From contig OMVX01000004.1 in NCBI GenBank assembly GCA_900314605.1, positions 8,226-72,225 on the forward strand: a DNA stretch of 64,000 nt. Direction: 5' to 3'. Under the pieces are notes generated by a model. The model did not search any database. It worked only from the letters and a program-made list of their open reading frames with translations, and was not told the origin of the DNA. This DNA comes from an uncultured Methanobrevibacter sp. GTDB lineage: Archaea > Methanobacteriota > Methanobacteria > Methanobacteriales > Methanobacteriaceae. Within the stretch, counting starts at the first letter, position 1. Each line of letters opens with the position of its first letter. Below, one piece after another: positions 61,588-64,000 of the stretch. Made by a program: the position numbers and the translations under genes.

Positions 61588-62196
61588 ATGAATAATAATA
61601 TAACACTTGTTACTACTCAAAAAAAATTTAATGATATACCTTATATAAATCAGATATATAAAATTAAAAAAATATCACTTATTTATAGTGAACTTAATAA
61701 TCCTGCTGATTTAGAAAGTAATTCTCTTTTAGAAGAAATGGATATTGATATTCTCAATTTTAAACTTCCATATATAGATTTAATAGATATGACTACAAAA
61801 ATATCCAAATATTTAATTAAAGAAGCAAAATCTTCTAATGAGATCATAGTAAAATTATCTAATGATAATGGTATCCTTAATATGGCATTATTTTATGCTG
61901 CATGTTATAATAAAAAAAATATAAAATCTGTAATTATCTATGATACTAATCTTCACAAAATATTACATTTACCATTATTTGATTTTAAATTATCAGATGC
62001 TAAAAAAGTTATATTAAAAAATATCCAAAAAGGAAAAAATTCTATAGAAGATATAGCAAAAGCAGTAGGTCGTAGTAATAGTATGGTCTATAATCATATT
62101 AGAGATTTAAAAGACATGGGTTTTATTGAAAAAGATTCCTTAAAAATAAATAATGCTGCTGAAATCATCTTAAGTTTAGAAAATATAAGGTGCTAA
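61588..62196 (+). CDS. Csa3-like CARF-domain + winged-HTH transcriptional regulator (paralogue 1)
   Basis: N-terminal Rossmann-like CARF pattern (TLVTT...IIVKLS...MALFYAA), LPLF linker, C-terminal wHTH SIEDIAKAVGRSNSMVYNHIRDLKDMGFI. Confidence 0.7.
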   Translation: MNNNITLVTTQKKFNDIPYINQIYKIKKISLIYSELNNPADLESNSLLEEMDIDILNFKLPYIDLIDMTTKISKYLIKEAKSSNEIIVKLSNDNGILNMALFYAACYNKKNIKSVIIYDTNLHKILHLPLFDFKLSDAKKVILKNIQKGKNSIEDIAKAVGRSNSMVYNHIRDLKDMGFIEKDSLKINNAAEIILSLENIRC

Positions 62197-62197
62197 T

Positions 62198-62803
62198 ATG
62201 AATATAACACTAATTTCTCCCATTAATGGTTTTAAATCTTTGTCATTAGCAGTAGATAAATTTAAACCAGAAACTGTTGTTTTACTTACTGATGATAAAA
62301 ATTCTTCTGAAAACAAAGATATCATGGAAGAATTGTATAAAAAGATGGGACGTTTTTTAGAAATTAAAATTTATGAAATTGATAATAAGGATCTCTACTT
62401 AATAGCCTCTCAAACATTTAACATTATTTCTAAAGAAATTAAACAGAATAAAAAAGTTATTTTACATTTAACAGAAGATTATTCTATTCAGGGTATGGCA
62501 TTATCTTATGCAGCATGTTCATTTATTCATGATATTTATAAATTAACAATAATGGACCCTACTACAGATAAAATAGTAGATTTACCTTTATTTAATTATA
62601 ATATATCTAAAAATAAAATAAAAATTCTGCTCTATATTAATAATGGAGTAAATAATGTTAAAGATTTATCTGAAAAAACAGAATTATCTTCAAGTATGAC
62701 CTATAATCATATTAAAGATTTAAGAAAATCAGGTTATATTGACCCTGATAAACTAGAATTAACAACAGCAGGAAAAATAGCAATTTTAAACTTTCAAGAA
62801 TAA
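62198..62803 (+). CDS. Csa3-like CARF-domain + winged-HTH transcriptional regulator (paralogue 2)
   Basis: TLISPI...FKPETVVLL...DLYLIA...VILHLT...MALSYAA, LPLF linker, wHTH VKDLSEKTELSSSMTYNHIKDLRKSGYI, ELTTAGKIAIL; 1-nt gap after paralogue 1. Confidence 0.78.
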   Translation: MNITLISPINGFKSLSLAVDKFKPETVVLLTDDKNSSENKDIMEELYKKMGRFLEIKIYEIDNKDLYLIASQTFNIISKEIKQNKKVILHLTEDYSIQGMALSYAACSFIHDIYKLTIMDPTTDKIVDLPLFNYNISKNKIKILLYINNGVNNVKDLSEKTELSSSMTYNHIKDLRKSGYIDPDKLELTTAGKIAILNFQE

Positions 62804-63255
62804 TTAATTTTCTATTTATTTAAAACATATTTTAATTTTATAAATAGTATTTTTTATTATATAATTAATTTATAATTTATTAAAAAATTAATTCATAATT
62901 TATTAAATTATATGTATTTTAATTATTATTTTGATAATTTATTTATTATAATATTTTTAAATATTTTCAATTATTATTTTTATAAATGATAAATAATAGC
63001 TAAGTATTTAATATAATAAAATCATATTAATAAATATAAAATAATTTATTTGTTATAATTTTTTTTTTAAATCCATATTTTATAAGAAAATTTTAAATTA
63101 TAATAGATAAATCTATTAAATAAATTAATAAAAAGTTATATTAATAATATTAAATCATTAATATTACTAAACCGATTTAATTAATAACGATAAGGTAATT
63201 TTTAGAAATAATTATCAATTCATAAATATTTATATGAAATTAATAAGGTGATAAA

Positions 63256-63879
63256 ATGGTACTTTCTAGTATAGGAAAAAAAGGTGTAATGCTTACCAAA
63301 GTTGCATTAGAATATGGCAATGAAAGACTTAATCAAATTAATGATGATGAATTAATAAATCTTACTAAAGATTTAGGAAAAAAATACATTAATATATTTG
63401 ATGAGAAAGCTAATGATATCATGGATAAAACATTAGATAAAGCTAATGATAAATTAGATGATGTTAAAAATGGCGAAGACAATATTTCTAAAGGAAAAGA
63501 ATATGTTAAAGGCCAAATAAAAGATGCTATTGTTTATGCTGATAGTAAATTCACAAGTTCTGTAGAAGAGACAGAGGTTGAATTATCTTTAAGAAAAAAA
63601 CAAAGACAAGAAAGAAAAGAATTACTTTCTAAACATAAAGAAGAAATTATTGAATTACAGAAAAAACAGTCTAAAGAACAATATGATGCATTAAAAGATA
63701 AAGTCGATGATTTAAAAGTTAAAAAAGATGTTGCAGAAGAAAAACTTAAAGATAGAAAAGATGAATATGTAAAAGATGCAAAATCTACTAAAAATTATGT
63801 TAAAAAAACCGCAAAAGATGTTCAGCAAGATATTTCTGATATAAAAGATGCAAAAAAAGATAATAAAGATAAAAAATAG
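63256..63879 (+). CDS. Highly charged helical/coiled-coil hypothetical protein
   Basis: 207 aa, K/D/E-rich, no TM or Cys, AGGTGA RBS. Confidence 0.65.
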   Translation: MVLSSIGKKGVMLTKVALEYGNERLNQINDDELINLTKDLGKKYINIFDEKANDIMDKTLDKANDKLDDVKNGEDNISKGKEYVKGQIKDAIVYADSKFTSSVEETEVELSLRKKQRQERKELLSKHKEEIIELQKKQSKEQYDALKDKVDDLKVKKDVAEEKLKDRKDEYVKDAKSTKNYVKKTAKDVQQDISDIKDAKKDNKDKK

Positions 63880-64000
63880 TATTTTTCTATCTATTCTAAT
63901 TATTAAATTATTTTTTTATTTTTATATTTTTTTGTAAAAGCTATTTTTTATTTATTTATTTATTTATTTTTGATTATTTTTTGTATAAGCTATTTTATTT

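Noticed and set aside
61588-62803. Evidence of a CRISPR-Cas locus
   Set aside because: No cas genes or repeat-spacer array within the window; only the CARF-HTH pair.
1-64000. tRNA or rRNA genes
   Set aside because: No GC-rich cloverleaf or T-loop (GGTTC(G/A)A) signature in intergenic DNA, and no rRNA-like block seen.

Overview
Very AT-rich archaeal chromosome segment from a Methanobacteriales methanogen, most like Methanobrevibacter. The evidence is the exosome/proteasome/RNase P superoperon, GGGP synthase, class I HMG-CoA reductase, nurA-herA-mre11-rad50, pseudomurein-type Mur ligases and an adhesin-like protein. No rRNA, tRNA or CRISPR array was seen. The core regions are the rpl15e to pfdB superoperon (interrupted by metY-iscS-iscU), amt-glnK with an NrpR operator, aroD, sucD-hmgA, tsr3, rpl40e, the DNA end-resection operon and the Mur ligase cluster. 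The supplied ORF track misses three small genes: rpoP (14046-14177), a 50-aa zinc-ribbon gene (45260-45412, minus strand) and rpl40e (48202-48348). Non-routine elements read directly from the sequence are: (1) an intact 239-bp MITE with 24-bp TIRs and an 8-bp TSD, plus a decayed transposase remnant 14 kb away ending in the same TIR; (2) a decayed nuclease-methyltransferase (type IIG-like) fragment beside that remnant; (3) a candidate stand-alone structured small RNA at about 16353-16438; (4) a candidate eL15 leader RNA; (5) three 20-bp tandem operator-like repeats before an XRE-HTH/DUF4013/DUF4013 operon; (6) palindromic operators before metY-iscS-iscU; (7) an IscU-like + GGGtGRT gene pair; (8) an XpaC-like/zinc-ribbon/TelA cluster; (9) an anchored M14-type peptidase; and (10) a tandem pair of Csa3-like CARF-wHTH regulators with degenerate ligand motifs and no cas genes in the window. 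All family assignments come from motif recognition by eye; no database searches were run.
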